Positions 51,229-59,722 of a stretch of DNA of 64,000 bases are shown here, in pieces. Numbering within the stretch: the stretch's first letter is position 1; each line of letters begins with the position of its first letter. The translations under genes were made by a program, and so were the position numbers. The stretch comes from a virus, in IMG/VR virus record IMGVR_UViG_3300031759_000010. One strand, 5' to 3'. Below the pieces are notes generated by a model that saw only the letters and a program-made list of their open reading frames with translations, ran no database searches and was not told the DNA's origin.

Positions 51229-53052
51229 CTACTTCTTCTTCCCAGATTCCTTTGCTTGGTGGGCAGCCTGCCCCATAGCCATGGCCATCTGCGCCTTCTT
51301 CGCGGACTCTTCGTCGAGGCGGCGCTGAATCAGTGAGATGTTCAGGTTCGCGTTGAACTTGGAGTTCAGGAACTCAAGGAAGGTGGTGTGATCAATCTCA
51401 CCCGCCCTGCGAAGCTGCGACATCTGCGCCAGCTCATCCGTGCGCTCAATCGCCAGCAAAGAACCACGGCGAATCGTAAACGACACGTTGCGAACGAAAT
51501 CCTCGGGCTCCATGGTGGCTGGGCAGAGGTGCTTGTAGTAGGGGTGGAAGTCGGAGTCGGTCAATCCCTTCGATCCATACTGAGCCACGCGCTTATCGGC
51601 CGTCTCAAACTGCAACATGTTGCTGACAACCATCACGCCGACCTCTTCCATAAAAGACTGGAGGCCGCGCCCATACAGGCGAATGTTTCCCGCCCGCGAG
51701 TTGACAATCATTTCCAGGGAATCGCCGCCCGGAATCTGTTTCTTCTGGAGGGTCTGGTTCACTGCCGCCGCGCCAGAGTTCATCGCCATCTCCTTGTCGA
51801 TTCCGTCACGCATCGGCATGGTGTAGTTGCCAAGCTCGGGAGGCTTGCGAAACTCAGGAGGACGAGGAGAGTTGTTGCGGTAGAAAATCTTGCCACCAGG
51901 GGCTCCGGGGTCAATTGAGTCTTTGTCCTGATCGCTAAACGCCGCCATAGGGGCCATCATCGTCGGCTCTATAGTGGAGTTGATTACATCCAGAACTCCT
52001 CCCTCAATCCGATTCAAAATAGCCTGCATGGCGCACAGGGGATCCATGATGCTTTGACCGGCAAACTTCCACGGAACGCGGAGTGGGCGATAGATCGCGA
52101 ACGGAAACCGGCCGTGCCAATATGGATTCGGCGCATCCTCAAGAACCCTTCCTCCGGCCACCGCCAACACGCGGCCACGAGGATACTTCGGCATGCCCGG
52201 TTCAACCCGATACGACCAGCAGGCGTTCGGATCTCCAATGATTATCGACTCCGACCCATCCCAAATGCTGTCGTCCTTAAACCAGAACTCCTTGTAAATC
52301 ACCTTGGGAAACTTGGTGGTTGGAGCCCCGGCCCCAGAGTTGGCCAATTTGGAGTGGATGTTCCTCATCAAAGGACTCAATTTGGCCCAGCGGCGAGAAG
52401 ACACAGCGTTCGGCCTTTGCGGGGTAGCCGACATCTCCGACTCGATGTCAGGCTGAACTCCGTAAGCAACCTCCCCAAACCGGCGGACCAGCCATGGCTT
52501 GGTAACCACCCGGCGAACAATGCAAACCTCAGCCTCGGCCTGAAGACGGCCAGAAGCGCCAATCTGAAGAAAATCGAGGGGCGACAGCGGCTGGAAATCG
52601 TTGCTTCCCATGCCGTTTCGCAGATAGGGGTTCCACTGAACCTTGACGGGACCATAGGAGATCAGGCCATACATGACCACCTGAACCAGTTCCTGCTCGA
52701 AATCGGACATATACGTCCAATCCGTGAGCATCCGATTCATCAGGCTTTCGACTTCAGAGTAGTTCTCGTCCGCATCGGTGAACTTGACCCGGACATCCGG
52801 CTGAATATCGGTGAGCATCGACGCCATCTCGACAAACTGACGAACAACGCGATTAGCCACCGGACGTGAGCGTCCGTGCCTGGCCGTTGAAGCCCACTGT
52901 TTTCCCTCAAGGAAGTCGATGACTCTCTGAACCTGTTTCGATTCGGGAGACGACATAAGCTCTGAATCGGCTTCCTCATAGACAGAATTTGCCCAATCGA
53001 GGACTTCGGCTTCCAGCTTAACTTCGGGGCGCTCTTGTAGGGAGGCGTTCAC
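51229..53052 (-). CDS. Portal protein candidate
   Basis: 607-aa ORF between the large terminase and the head genes. Called from size and synteny. Confidence 0.65.
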   Translation of the reverse strand: MNASLQERPEVKLEAEVLDWANSVYEEADSELMSSPESKQVQRVIDFLEGKQWASTARHGRSRPVANRVVRQFVEMASMLTDIQPDVRVKFTDADENYSEVESLMNRMLTDWTYMSDFEQELVQVVMYGLISYGPVKVQWNPYLRNGMGSNDFQPLSPLDFLQIGASGRLQAEAEVCIVRRVVTKPWLVRRFGEVAYGVQPDIESEMSATPQRPNAVSSRRWAKLSPLMRNIHSKLANSGAGAPTTKFPKVIYKEFWFKDDSIWDGSESIIIGDPNACWSYRVEPGMPKYPRGRVLAVAGGRVLEDAPNPYWHGRFPFAIYRPLRVPWKFAGQSIMDPLCAMQAILNRIEGGVLDVINSTIEPTMMAPMAAFSDQDKDSIDPGAPGGKIFYRNNSPRPPEFRKPPELGNYTMPMRDGIDKEMAMNSGAAAVNQTLQKKQIPGGDSLEMIVNSRAGNIRLYGRGLQSFMEEVGVMVVSNMLQFETADKRVAQYGSKGLTDSDFHPYYKHLCPATMEPEDFVRNVSFTIRRGSLLAIERTDELAQMSQLRRAGEIDHTTFLEFLNSKFNANLNISLIQRRLDEESAKKAQMAMAMGQAAHQAKESGKKK

Positions 53053-53096
53053 GCTTGGATTTTATCCTGACATCACTGTTTTGTCGCGAGTTACGT

Positions 53097-53630
53097 CTAT
53101 TCCTGTGAACCCTGCCCCTGTAGACCCTTGGCCGCATTGGCAAACAGGGCCGCCAAACGCTGGGAGTCGCGCGTAACCTGCTCGTTCTCGGCAACCAGAC
53201 GAGCGTTGTCCTCAACCACAGCCAAAATGTCCTCCTGCTTGCGAATGTTGGACTTTTGCAGCTTCCTCACCGTATCCCCGGTCAGAAACAAAAAGTCGTC
53301 ATCCAGCATGGTTGAGAGAACAGAGTTCAAGGTAGAGTTCACGCGCCCCGAGAATTTAGAGGAAAAGCGATTCCAGATATCCTTCCGCAGCCAGCACTCC
53401 GCCTTCACGTCCAGGGTAGGATTCGGAATCTCCTTGGTGACGAACGGCACCATGTCAGGGTGCATAGACTGAAGCTGCATATAGGGAATCTCGTGGCCAA
53501 CATCACACTTAAACAGGTGGGCAGAGCGCTTCAGGTTGACATCTCTCACCCCGCGCGTATCCCTGCACATTGGGCAATACATACCACTTTCCGCACTCAT
53601 GGGCGGTAAAAACTGACCCGTCGTCGCCAT
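53097..53630 (-). CDS. Hypothetical protein with N-terminal zinc ribbon
   Basis: Strong RBS GGAGGAG. Contains CPMC...CDVGH. Confidence 0.6.
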   Translation of the reverse strand: MATTGQFLPPMSAESGMYCPMCRDTRGVRDVNLKRSAHLFKCDVGHEIPYMQLQSMHPDMVPFVTKEIPNPTLDVKAECWLRKDIWNRFSSKFSGRVNSTLNSVLSTMLDDDFLFLTGDTVRKLQKSNIRKQEDILAVVEDNARLVAENEQVTRDSQRLAALFANAAKGLQGQGSQE

Positions 53631-53642
53631 TACTCCTCCAAA

Positions 53643-55856
53643 CTACCAATCATCATTGTAGCCGACCAACTCCTCCGCGCTCGATCCGGAACGGGCGGAC
53701 TCCCTCCAGTTGCGGAACGCAGAAACCATCTCGGGCGTTATCTCTTGATCTGGAACACCTAGAACCCTCTTTGCCTGATACTGTATGCTACTTCCGGAGT
53801 AGCCCGGCGGAGAGGATTGGTGAATCGGGGAAACCAGGGGGTTCGCTGCCGCAAAAGCCCAGTGAGGACTGACTGTGTATACCCCCTTCAGCCCCTTGAT
53901 CGCCCTCTCGGCGTCCTCCCGGCGCTGGAAAACACCATCCGCAATTGGACGCATCGCTGAGTCGCGGATAACCCACGGACCCTGCCACGAAAAAGGCAGA
54001 GATCCCCAAATCTTCCCCTCGGCATCGCGTGGCTGCGCCATCGCCAAACCTGGAGACTCTCTCACCGACTGTAGCGTCTCACGCAGGCAATAGAGACAAA
54101 TTGTCGAAGCCAGCACTCCGTCGTCGTTGGAATCAACACCCTCGTATCTCTTGCGCCCCGGCCCCTCGTCGAGGGTTGCGAAGTCGCCCATCTCATCCAA
54201 AAGATCATGTGAGTAGATGACAATCGAATCAGTCAGAAGGGCATCGCGCATCTCGTCAATCACCAGGTCGCGCGTCTTGATTGAAGTCACCCAGTGAAGG
54301 TAGGGGGTGAAGGTTGTTTGAACCCTGTCCTTATGTCTCGGCCTCCACAGGTTTGGATAGTCCATATCGACCAAGGCGTCTCCGGTGGTGATTCCGGGTC
54401 CATTGTATTCATTTGTCACCTCAGCCCCGTTATACCAATACCCCAGGGCGGCCACGATTCCGGCAAATCTCTTCGGCGATTCCCAGCCCCACCACTCGGC
54501 AACCTGAACGTCTTTCTGCCCCAGAGACCCGGCCATAAACACCTCAGCCACGCTATAGTCTCCGCCATTTCCAAGAGCAGCATCCGAGCCGACATAGTAA
54601 GACCTTCCCGGCTCAGGCAAATGCCAAACATGAAGACGGTGACCACCTTTTCCACGCTTGCGAACAGGAAGATCTTCCCCCGGATCCACGGCGCGAATAT
54701 CAAGCTCCTCGCGCTTTCCTCTGAGACGAATCTCTCCCGCATAAGCAGGATTCTTAGGGGCCCTCATTCTCTGCTCATCCATAGCATCGCGATCAAAGGC
54801 GCACAGGCCGGAGTTCTGGAACGCCTCTTCCGGGGTAATCGGGTAGGACTCCAGAAAACCGGCTTTGTTCTTTTTGGAACGCTTCAGGCCAAAATGGCGA
54901 AACTTCCAAAAACCGAGAGGAATTTCGTATTTTTGCTCCTTTTTCACCCGGTCATGAAACACCTGCTCAGTCTCGCTGAGGACGATATTGTCCGACTTTG
55001 AAACCGGAAGAAAATACTTCCTAACCCGATAGGTAGGAACAAATACCGGACGCCATCCGGTATCGCCAGCCACCGTATCTTGCCACCAATCGTAGAAAAG
55101 GCCATTCTTTCCCAGACCAGTTGATTCCATCACATAGAACCCATCAATAGCGTTCATTGAGGGAAGAATGTCAGCCTCAAAAACCTGAGCATCAGGCCAG
55201 CGCGAAACCTCGCTATAGTGGCCACTCCGTATGCTGCGGCCGATAGCCACGCCGCTCATCTTTTGAGCGTGAGAGATCTTCAACACAGATCCCAAGCCGG
55301 GATCGGACATAACCTGGTCCTCACCCTCGCGTTGAAAGTCAATACCTTCCGCGACCGACTTGTATCTCCACTCCGGCCTCATCCACCACGGGAGATTCTC
55401 ATACGCCTTCACAGACATCTTGTAGATGTGTGTGGACACAACTTTATCCTGAGCGACAATCAAGGTGAAGGTGTGGGGATAGAAGATCGTGCGGTGGAAC
55501 ATGTGCGCCTGAATATGTGTGCTGCCGCCAAACTGACGCCCCTTGAGAAGAATCAGCTTGCAGCATCCGTTGTTCTCCCACTCCTCCTTCATTGCCGCGC
55601 TGACGATCTCCTGCTGATCCCAGTACGGATACAGGGTTTTCAGTTCGCCATTTTCGGTTGTGATTGTAAAGTAGTTTTTCGTCCAGTAGTCGGGATCAAT
55701 GCACCTCTCCAGCTCCTCGTTGATCCAATCGTTTTCCGAGCGAGACAAGGCGGCGCTGGCCTCATCAACAGCATTGTTCCCGTGGAATCTTGCGAAGTGG
55801 CGCTCCAGCTCCTCGATGGCGTCGTTCAGGTCGGGGTCTTGTCTAGGAAGCCTCAT
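53643..55856 (-). CDS. Terminase large subunit
   Basis: Walker-A-like GRQFGGST. C-terminal nuclease-type segment YYVGSDAALGNGGDYSVAEVF. Size and position next to the portal fit. Confidence 0.8.
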   Translation of the reverse strand: MRLPRQDPDLNDAIEELERHFARFHGNNAVDEASAALSRSENDWINEELERCIDPDYWTKNYFTITTENGELKTLYPYWDQQEIVSAAMKEEWENNGCCKLILLKGRQFGGSTHIQAHMFHRTIFYPHTFTLIVAQDKVVSTHIYKMSVKAYENLPWWMRPEWRYKSVAEGIDFQREGEDQVMSDPGLGSVLKISHAQKMSGVAIGRSIRSGHYSEVSRWPDAQVFEADILPSMNAIDGFYVMESTGLGKNGLFYDWWQDTVAGDTGWRPVFVPTYRVRKYFLPVSKSDNIVLSETEQVFHDRVKKEQKYEIPLGFWKFRHFGLKRSKKNKAGFLESYPITPEEAFQNSGLCAFDRDAMDEQRMRAPKNPAYAGEIRLRGKREELDIRAVDPGEDLPVRKRGKGGHRLHVWHLPEPGRSYYVGSDAALGNGGDYSVAEVFMAGSLGQKDVQVAEWWGWESPKRFAGIVAALGYWYNGAEVTNEYNGPGITTGDALVDMDYPNLWRPRHKDRVQTTFTPYLHWVTSIKTRDLVIDEMRDALLTDSIVIYSHDLLDEMGDFATLDEGPGRKRYEGVDSNDDGVLASTICLYCLRETLQSVRESPGLAMAQPRDAEGKIWGSLPFSWQGPWVIRDSAMRPIADGVFQRREDAERAIKGLKGVYTVSPHWAFAAANPLVSPIHQSSPPGYSGSSIQYQAKRVLGVPDQEITPEMVSAFRNWRESARSGSSAEELVGYNDDW

Positions 55857-56469
55857 CGTCGTCCCCTTCCTCCAAGTCCTCCAGGTCGCCGTCCTCCAAA
55901 TCTATTCCAGCCTCCTCAAACTCTGCAACAATTTTCTCGGCGCGAGTCATTTGTGGAGGAGCCTCCAAGAGCATCGGATTATTCCCCGGAATCTGCTGAA
56001 CCTCCCGCTTTGCCCTTATCTCGCGAAGCCGCTGCTCAAAACTCATGCCGCCGCTTGCCCCAACCCCACTCGCCACATTTTGCTGCACATTGACCTGCGT
56101 GGATGGAACCCTCGGCCGGGTCACCTCAATCAACTCCCTCGCGGTATCGATTGCCTTCAGCCTCGTCAGATGGTCAGGAATCGACTCCTGCCTGCCGTCA
56201 GGAAATGTCCTCCACGTCTCAGCCACCATCGCGCTGCGAAGGGTGTTTTCCTGATCTTCAATCAGATTCAAGGCGAGATGATTGTAAGCAACATCCACCT
56301 CCTCCACGGAGGCGATGAAGCGATATGCCTCAACCCTGTCGATGGACTTTCGAATGGTCTCTACGGATGCCCGTTCCCGGGCCGCAATCTCCTCAAGAGG
56401 CTTCTCGCTGCGCCAGAGATACCAGCGCTGCCTGTCGCGCACCGTGGGCTTTTGTAGGGCCATTGTCAT
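55843..56469 (-). CDS. Terminase small subunit candidate (HTH protein)
   Basis: 208-aa ORF overlapping the terL start. N-terminal HTH-like PLEEIAARERASVETIRKSI and an acidic C-terminus. Confidence 0.45.
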   Translation of the reverse strand: MTMALQKPTVRDRQRWYLWRSEKPLEEIAARERASVETIRKSIDRVEAYRFIASVEEVDVAYNHLALNLIEDQENTLRSAMVAETWRTFPDGRQESIPDHLTRLKAIDTARELIEVTRPRVPSTQVNVQQNVASGVGASGGMSFEQRLREIRAKREVQQIPGNNPMLLEAPPQMTRAEKIVAEFEEAGIDLEDGDLEDLEEGDDDEAS

Positions 56470-57056
56470 TGAGTAAACAGCTCCCCGCCAACCATGCGAT
56501 CAAAAGCCTCCCCGGTCTCAGTCTCATCCACCGCATCGCGGTCATAGACAGAACGGCCAACCCTCGACTGCTCTGGAGAAGCTGACTCCGTAGCCCGCGC
56601 CGACTCTGACCACTCTGAGGGGGTTCCATCCGCAGCTCCCGCTGAAGATATCAACTCGCCAAGAGACTGGGCCACAAATTCAAGACGCTTCACGGCTGAA
56701 ACGTTTTGCTTTGACGCCTCCATCATGGCCTTGCCGTTCAGGTTCCTCAAGGCCCCACGAAACGCATCTTCAAACATCTTGAAGGTTTGACGCATTTCGC
56801 TGGACTGGGCATCCAGAATGGACTTCATATCCGCCCTGATGCCCTGGAACACACCCTTCCCCGACTCCATGGCTTTGCTCTGGGCCTCCAAGTGTTGAAC
56901 CTGAAGGGCGTCATAAGCCTCCAGAGCAACCCTCAAAGCCTTCACCTGCTTGTATACAAACCACGAGATCCACAGGGAGGCCGCCAGGGCCAAGCAGACC
57001 ACGATGAGAAAGATCCCCCCGATAAAGGCAAGAGCAACAACGCCGATAGTGTTCAT
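56466..57056 (-). CDS. Membrane-anchored coiled-coil protein
   Basis: N-terminal TM segment VVALAFIGGIFLIVVCLALAASLWISWFV. Confidence 0.55.
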   Translation of the reverse strand: MNTIGVVALAFIGGIFLIVVCLALAASLWISWFVYKQVKALRVALEAYDALQVQHLEAQSKAMESGKGVFQGIRADMKSILDAQSSEMRQTFKMFEDAFRGALRNLNGKAMMEASKQNVSAVKRLEFVAQSLGELISSAGAADGTPSEWSESARATESASPEQSRVGRSVYDRDAVDETETGEAFDRMVGGELFTQ

Positions 57057-57205
57057 AGGTTACAAAATAGCAGCACTTGTGCGGCATCGCAACGGGTTTA
57101 AGCGGGGACATGGCTGGGGGAGGATGCCCAGCAGGGAGGTCGGCGTCTCTCGGTGCCCCCGCTAAAAACAGTCTGCCCCACCACAACCATCCACGCAAGA
57201 GATAT

Positions 57206-57220
57206 GGTTACCAAAGTAAC
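57206..57220. promoter_or_regulatory. Operator-like inverted repeat GGTTACC-AAA-GTAAC in a divergent intergenic region
   Basis: Lies between minus gene start 57056 and plus gene start 57248. Followed by TTACCA direct repeats. Confidence 0.45.
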
Positions 57221-57247
57221 AATTACCAGAAATACCTTGCCAATTAG

Positions 57248-57439
57248 ATGTGCCCGGTAGAAAATGTGAACATGAACAAAGGCGAGCTTTTCCACATCAT
57301 CGACCAAGAAATTATCAGGCTGAAAAAAATCGCCGCGCGAGGAACTATTCCTCTTGTTGGAACTCAGTCTGGCATTGCCGCCCTCAATGAACTCAAGGTA
57401 AAGATCGAGGAGCTACTTGAACAAGTTCCGCAATCGTAA
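57248..57439 (+). CDS. Hypothetical small protein (start uncertain)
   Basis: 63-aa ORF. An internal ATG at 57272 is also possible. Confidence 0.35.
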   Translation: MCPVENVNMNKGELFHIIDQEIIRLKKIAARGTIPLVGTQSGIAALNELKVKIEELLEQVPQS

Positions 57440-57734
57440 GACCGGCGGCTTTGACAGCAAGAAAGAGTTCAATCGGGCTCAGGAACTCAGGCTCCTGGAA
57501 AAGGCAGGAGCCATCTCTGGTTTGGAGTTTCAGATCACCTTCGTTCTCATCCCAAAACAAGTGGACGACAAAGGAAAGACCATCGAGAGGGCCTGCTCCT
57601 ATGTCGCCGACTTCCAATATGTGGAGGATGGAAGGATTGTTGTCGAGGACTGCAAGGGGTTCCGCACTCCGGATTACATCTTGAAGCGGAAGATGATGCT
57701 TTACTTTTACAAGATCAGAATTCGGGAAACCTAA
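57417..57734 (+). CDS. DUF1064-family (PD-(D/E)XK-like) protein
   Basis: FDSKKEFNRAQEL...YVADFQYVEDGRIVVEDCKG..TPDYILKRKMM matches the DUF1064 pattern. TTG start after GAGGAG. Confidence 0.7.
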   Translation: MNKFRNRKTGGFDSKKEFNRAQELRLLEKAGAISGLEFQITFVLIPKQVDDKGKTIERACSYVADFQYVEDGRIVVEDCKGFRTPDYILKRKMMLYFYKIRIRET

Positions 57735-57912
57735 AGTGCATCTGGCTGGACCCAAGAAACCCCCTGGCATCCTTGGACCACTCAGAAAGCAACTTTTTCT
57801 CGCCACACGCCGGACACTCGTATACCCGCCCAAGACGAACCAGGCGAACACGAGACCTCCAAAGAAAACCAAACACGCGATGGCGATAGCAGAAATAGCC
57901 GCTCTTCTTCAT
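57715..57912 (-). CDS. 65-aa basic Cys-containing protein, ATGA-coupled to the Phd-like gene
   Basis: Internal ATG 57912 of ORF 57715..57984 overlaps the upstream TGA. Potential zinc ligands CYRH...CPAC. Confidence 0.4.
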   Translation of the reverse strand: MKKSGYFCYRHRVFGFLWRSRVRLVRLGRVYECPACGEKKLLSEWSKDARGFLGSSQMHFRFPEF

Positions 57913-58070
57913 TTTTCCTCTTTGTAGGGGATGATCTTTACGATTGGAGTTTTTACGGGTCTCACGCCAGCGCCACCATGGCAAATGATTACAGTTTTTC
58001 CAGACTCCACCTCCCTGAGAATCTTGTGCAGGATCTTCTTGGCCTGAGAAATCGTGTACACGCTGGGCAT
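57909..58070 (-). CDS. Phd/YefM-type antitoxin-like protein
   Basis: MPSVYTISQAKKILHKILREVESGKTVIICHGG resembles the Phd/YefM N-terminal fold pattern. Uses the internal ATG of ORF 57909..58124. Confidence 0.55.
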   Translation of the reverse strand: MPSVYTISQAKKILHKILREVESGKTVIICHGGAGVRPVKTPIVKIIPYKEEK

Positions 58071-58114
58071 AACCACTCCTTGAAGTATCCGCACAAACGG
58101 GGTACTATTACCAT

Positions 58115-58363
58115 GTGGAATCAAAAAAGTTTTTCAGTCCAGAAGATGCTGTTCTTATGATTCGGTCCAGGATGGGAGCAAGAAGCTCGTCGGCCTATGC
58201 CAGGGCCATGGGGGTTTCCCGCCAATTCATGTCCGATGTCTTGACAGGAAACCGTGGCCCCTCAAAAGAAATGCTTGCCTCGATTGGTTTGGAGCGGGTA
58301 ATCATGTACCGCCGCCTTCGCTACTCGGGGAAGCCTGCATCCCAATCTGACCCCGACGACTGA
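58115..58363 (+). CDS. XRE/Cro-type HTH regulator
   Basis: SAYARAMGVSRQFMSDVLTGNRGPSKEML. Divergent from the Phd-like gene. Confidence 0.6.
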   Translation: MESKKFFSPEDAVLMIRSRMGARSSSAYARAMGVSRQFMSDVLTGNRGPSKEMLASIGLERVIMYRRLRYSGKPASQSDPDD

Positions 58364-58722
58364 GGGTCGTCTTGAGCATCCTTGGGTTTGTTGCCGAGAA
58401 GCACCAGCTCGAACGCCATAATCTCCGTCCGGTACTTTTTCTCGCCCGTATTCTTGTCGTTCCAGCTCTGGGTGCGGAGCTTCCCCTCGATGTAAATCTT
58501 GTCGCCCTTGTGGACATAATCCCTGATCACTTCGGCCGTCTTCGAGAAGGTCACGATGTTGTGCCACTCGGTCCTGTCTGTCCAGTTACCACCAGAATCC
58601 TTTTCGCGCTCCGTGGTGGCAATAGAAAAGTTGGCAACAACCGTACCCCCGGGAGTTACCTTGACGTCTGGATCCTTGCCCACATGGCCAAGAATCTGCA
58701 CCTTGTTCACTGTCTTGCTCAT
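58321..58722 (-). CDS. ssb: Single-stranded DNA-binding protein
   Basis: NKVQILGHVGKDPDVK...TEWHNIV.F...A......KGDKIYIEGKLRTQSW is the OB-fold SSB signature, with an acidic C-terminal tail. Confidence 0.9.
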   Translation of the reverse strand: MSKTVNKVQILGHVGKDPDVKVTPGGTVVANFSIATTEREKDSGGNWTDRTEWHNIVTFSKTAEVIRDYVHKGDKIYIEGKLRTQSWNDKNTGEKKYRTEIMAFELVLLGNKPKDAQDDPQSSGSDWDAGFPE

Positions 58723-58737
58723 TCTTCCTCCTGTTTG

Positions 58738-58749
58738 TCCGTATACGGA
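58738..58749 (-). promoter_or_regulatory. Palindrome TCCGTATACGGA after a TAG stop (copy 3 of 3)
   Basis: Follows the TAG at 58750-58752. The SSB ATG lies 27 nt downstream, in frame. Confidence 0.7.
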
Positions 58750-59295
58750 CTACTGTCCGTTTTGTAAAATGCTCATCACTGTCTTCTGCATTACAGCAGA
58801 GAGTTCCAGTGGATTGAAGGTTGTAAGGGTTTCCACGCGTCCGCTTCCACCATGATCCATAAACCTGAAGACAATGACATCCTTGACGGCATCCATGTTC
58901 TCCATGGCCTTAATCATTAACCCCGTCAGGCTTCTGTCGCTCTTCAGCTCGGTCAACACTTCGTCTCCCTCTGCTGGCTTGGCATCCTCCTCCTCCTGGG
59001 CGTTCAGTAAGCCTTGGAGTATATCGCCGTGATTCGAAGACCCAATACACCCCGCAGGACAGGCCATAGAAAACTCCACGGGAACCCCACAAAAAAACAA
59101 TCTCTTATCCAGCTTGCGAAACGGATGAAGAATGGAAAAGTGAGAGCATGGGAATGGATCAGCTCCCCACTCAATCAGGTATGCAACAAGCTGGGAAGCG
59201 CTGGATGGATGAACCACAAGGCGCTCGATCTCCAGGCCCCGCCTACGCATACTCCAGATGGCATCTTTGAATGATTCAAACCTCATATCAGACAT
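58750..59295 (-). CDS. Hypothetical protein
   Basis: 181-aa ORF in the replication module. Confidence 0.6.
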   Translation of the reverse strand: MSDMRFESFKDAIWSMRRRGLEIERLVVHPSSASQLVAYLIEWGADPFPCSHFSILHPFRKLDKRLFFCGVPVEFSMACPAGCIGSSNHGDILQGLLNAQEEEDAKPAEGDEVLTELKSDRSLTGLMIKAMENMDAVKDVIVFRFMDHGGSGRVETLTTFNPLELSAVMQKTVMSILQNGQ

Positions 59296-59402
59296 GGTGA
59301 AAGTCTACCCCCTCATCGATTTGTAATCAACAAAACTTTGGTAACAAACAACCTCAGTGGCCCTTCTTTGCCTTGCGTAAGGCGTCCTTCGAAAACAGGG
59401 CA

Positions 59403-59720
59403 TCATCCCTTTCTTTTTTTCTGTTTTTCGATAATTGCAGCCCTCGCCTCGAAACGCTCCCTGCACTTAACCCTCTTCGCCTCGGCCTCGCGATAGTGGT
59501 CCGAGCAAAACACAAGAACCCCCACCTTGTACAAGCCGGTTTTTCCGCAATGACAGAGGCGGTGCTTGTATGCCGACTCCCCGAGACGAATGTATCCATG
59601 CTCGTTAACCAGGTGATCAGTAAACTCGGCGTGATTCACAAATGTCCTTTTTCCAAGACACTCCATACACGACGCCTCTTTCTTGCCGTAACTCGGAACA
59701 AAGCGCGGAAGCAGACTCAT
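59403..59720 (-). CDS. Zinc-finger protein
   Basis: CMEC...HLVNEH and CHC...CSDH ligand pairs. Abuts the DnaB stop. Confidence 0.55.
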   Translation of the reverse strand: MSLLPRFVPSYGKKEASCMECLGKRTFVNHAEFTDHLVNEHGYIRLGESAYKHRLCHCGKTGLYKVGVLVFCSDHYREAEAKRVKCRERFEARAAIIEKQKKRKG

Positions 59721-59722
59721 CG

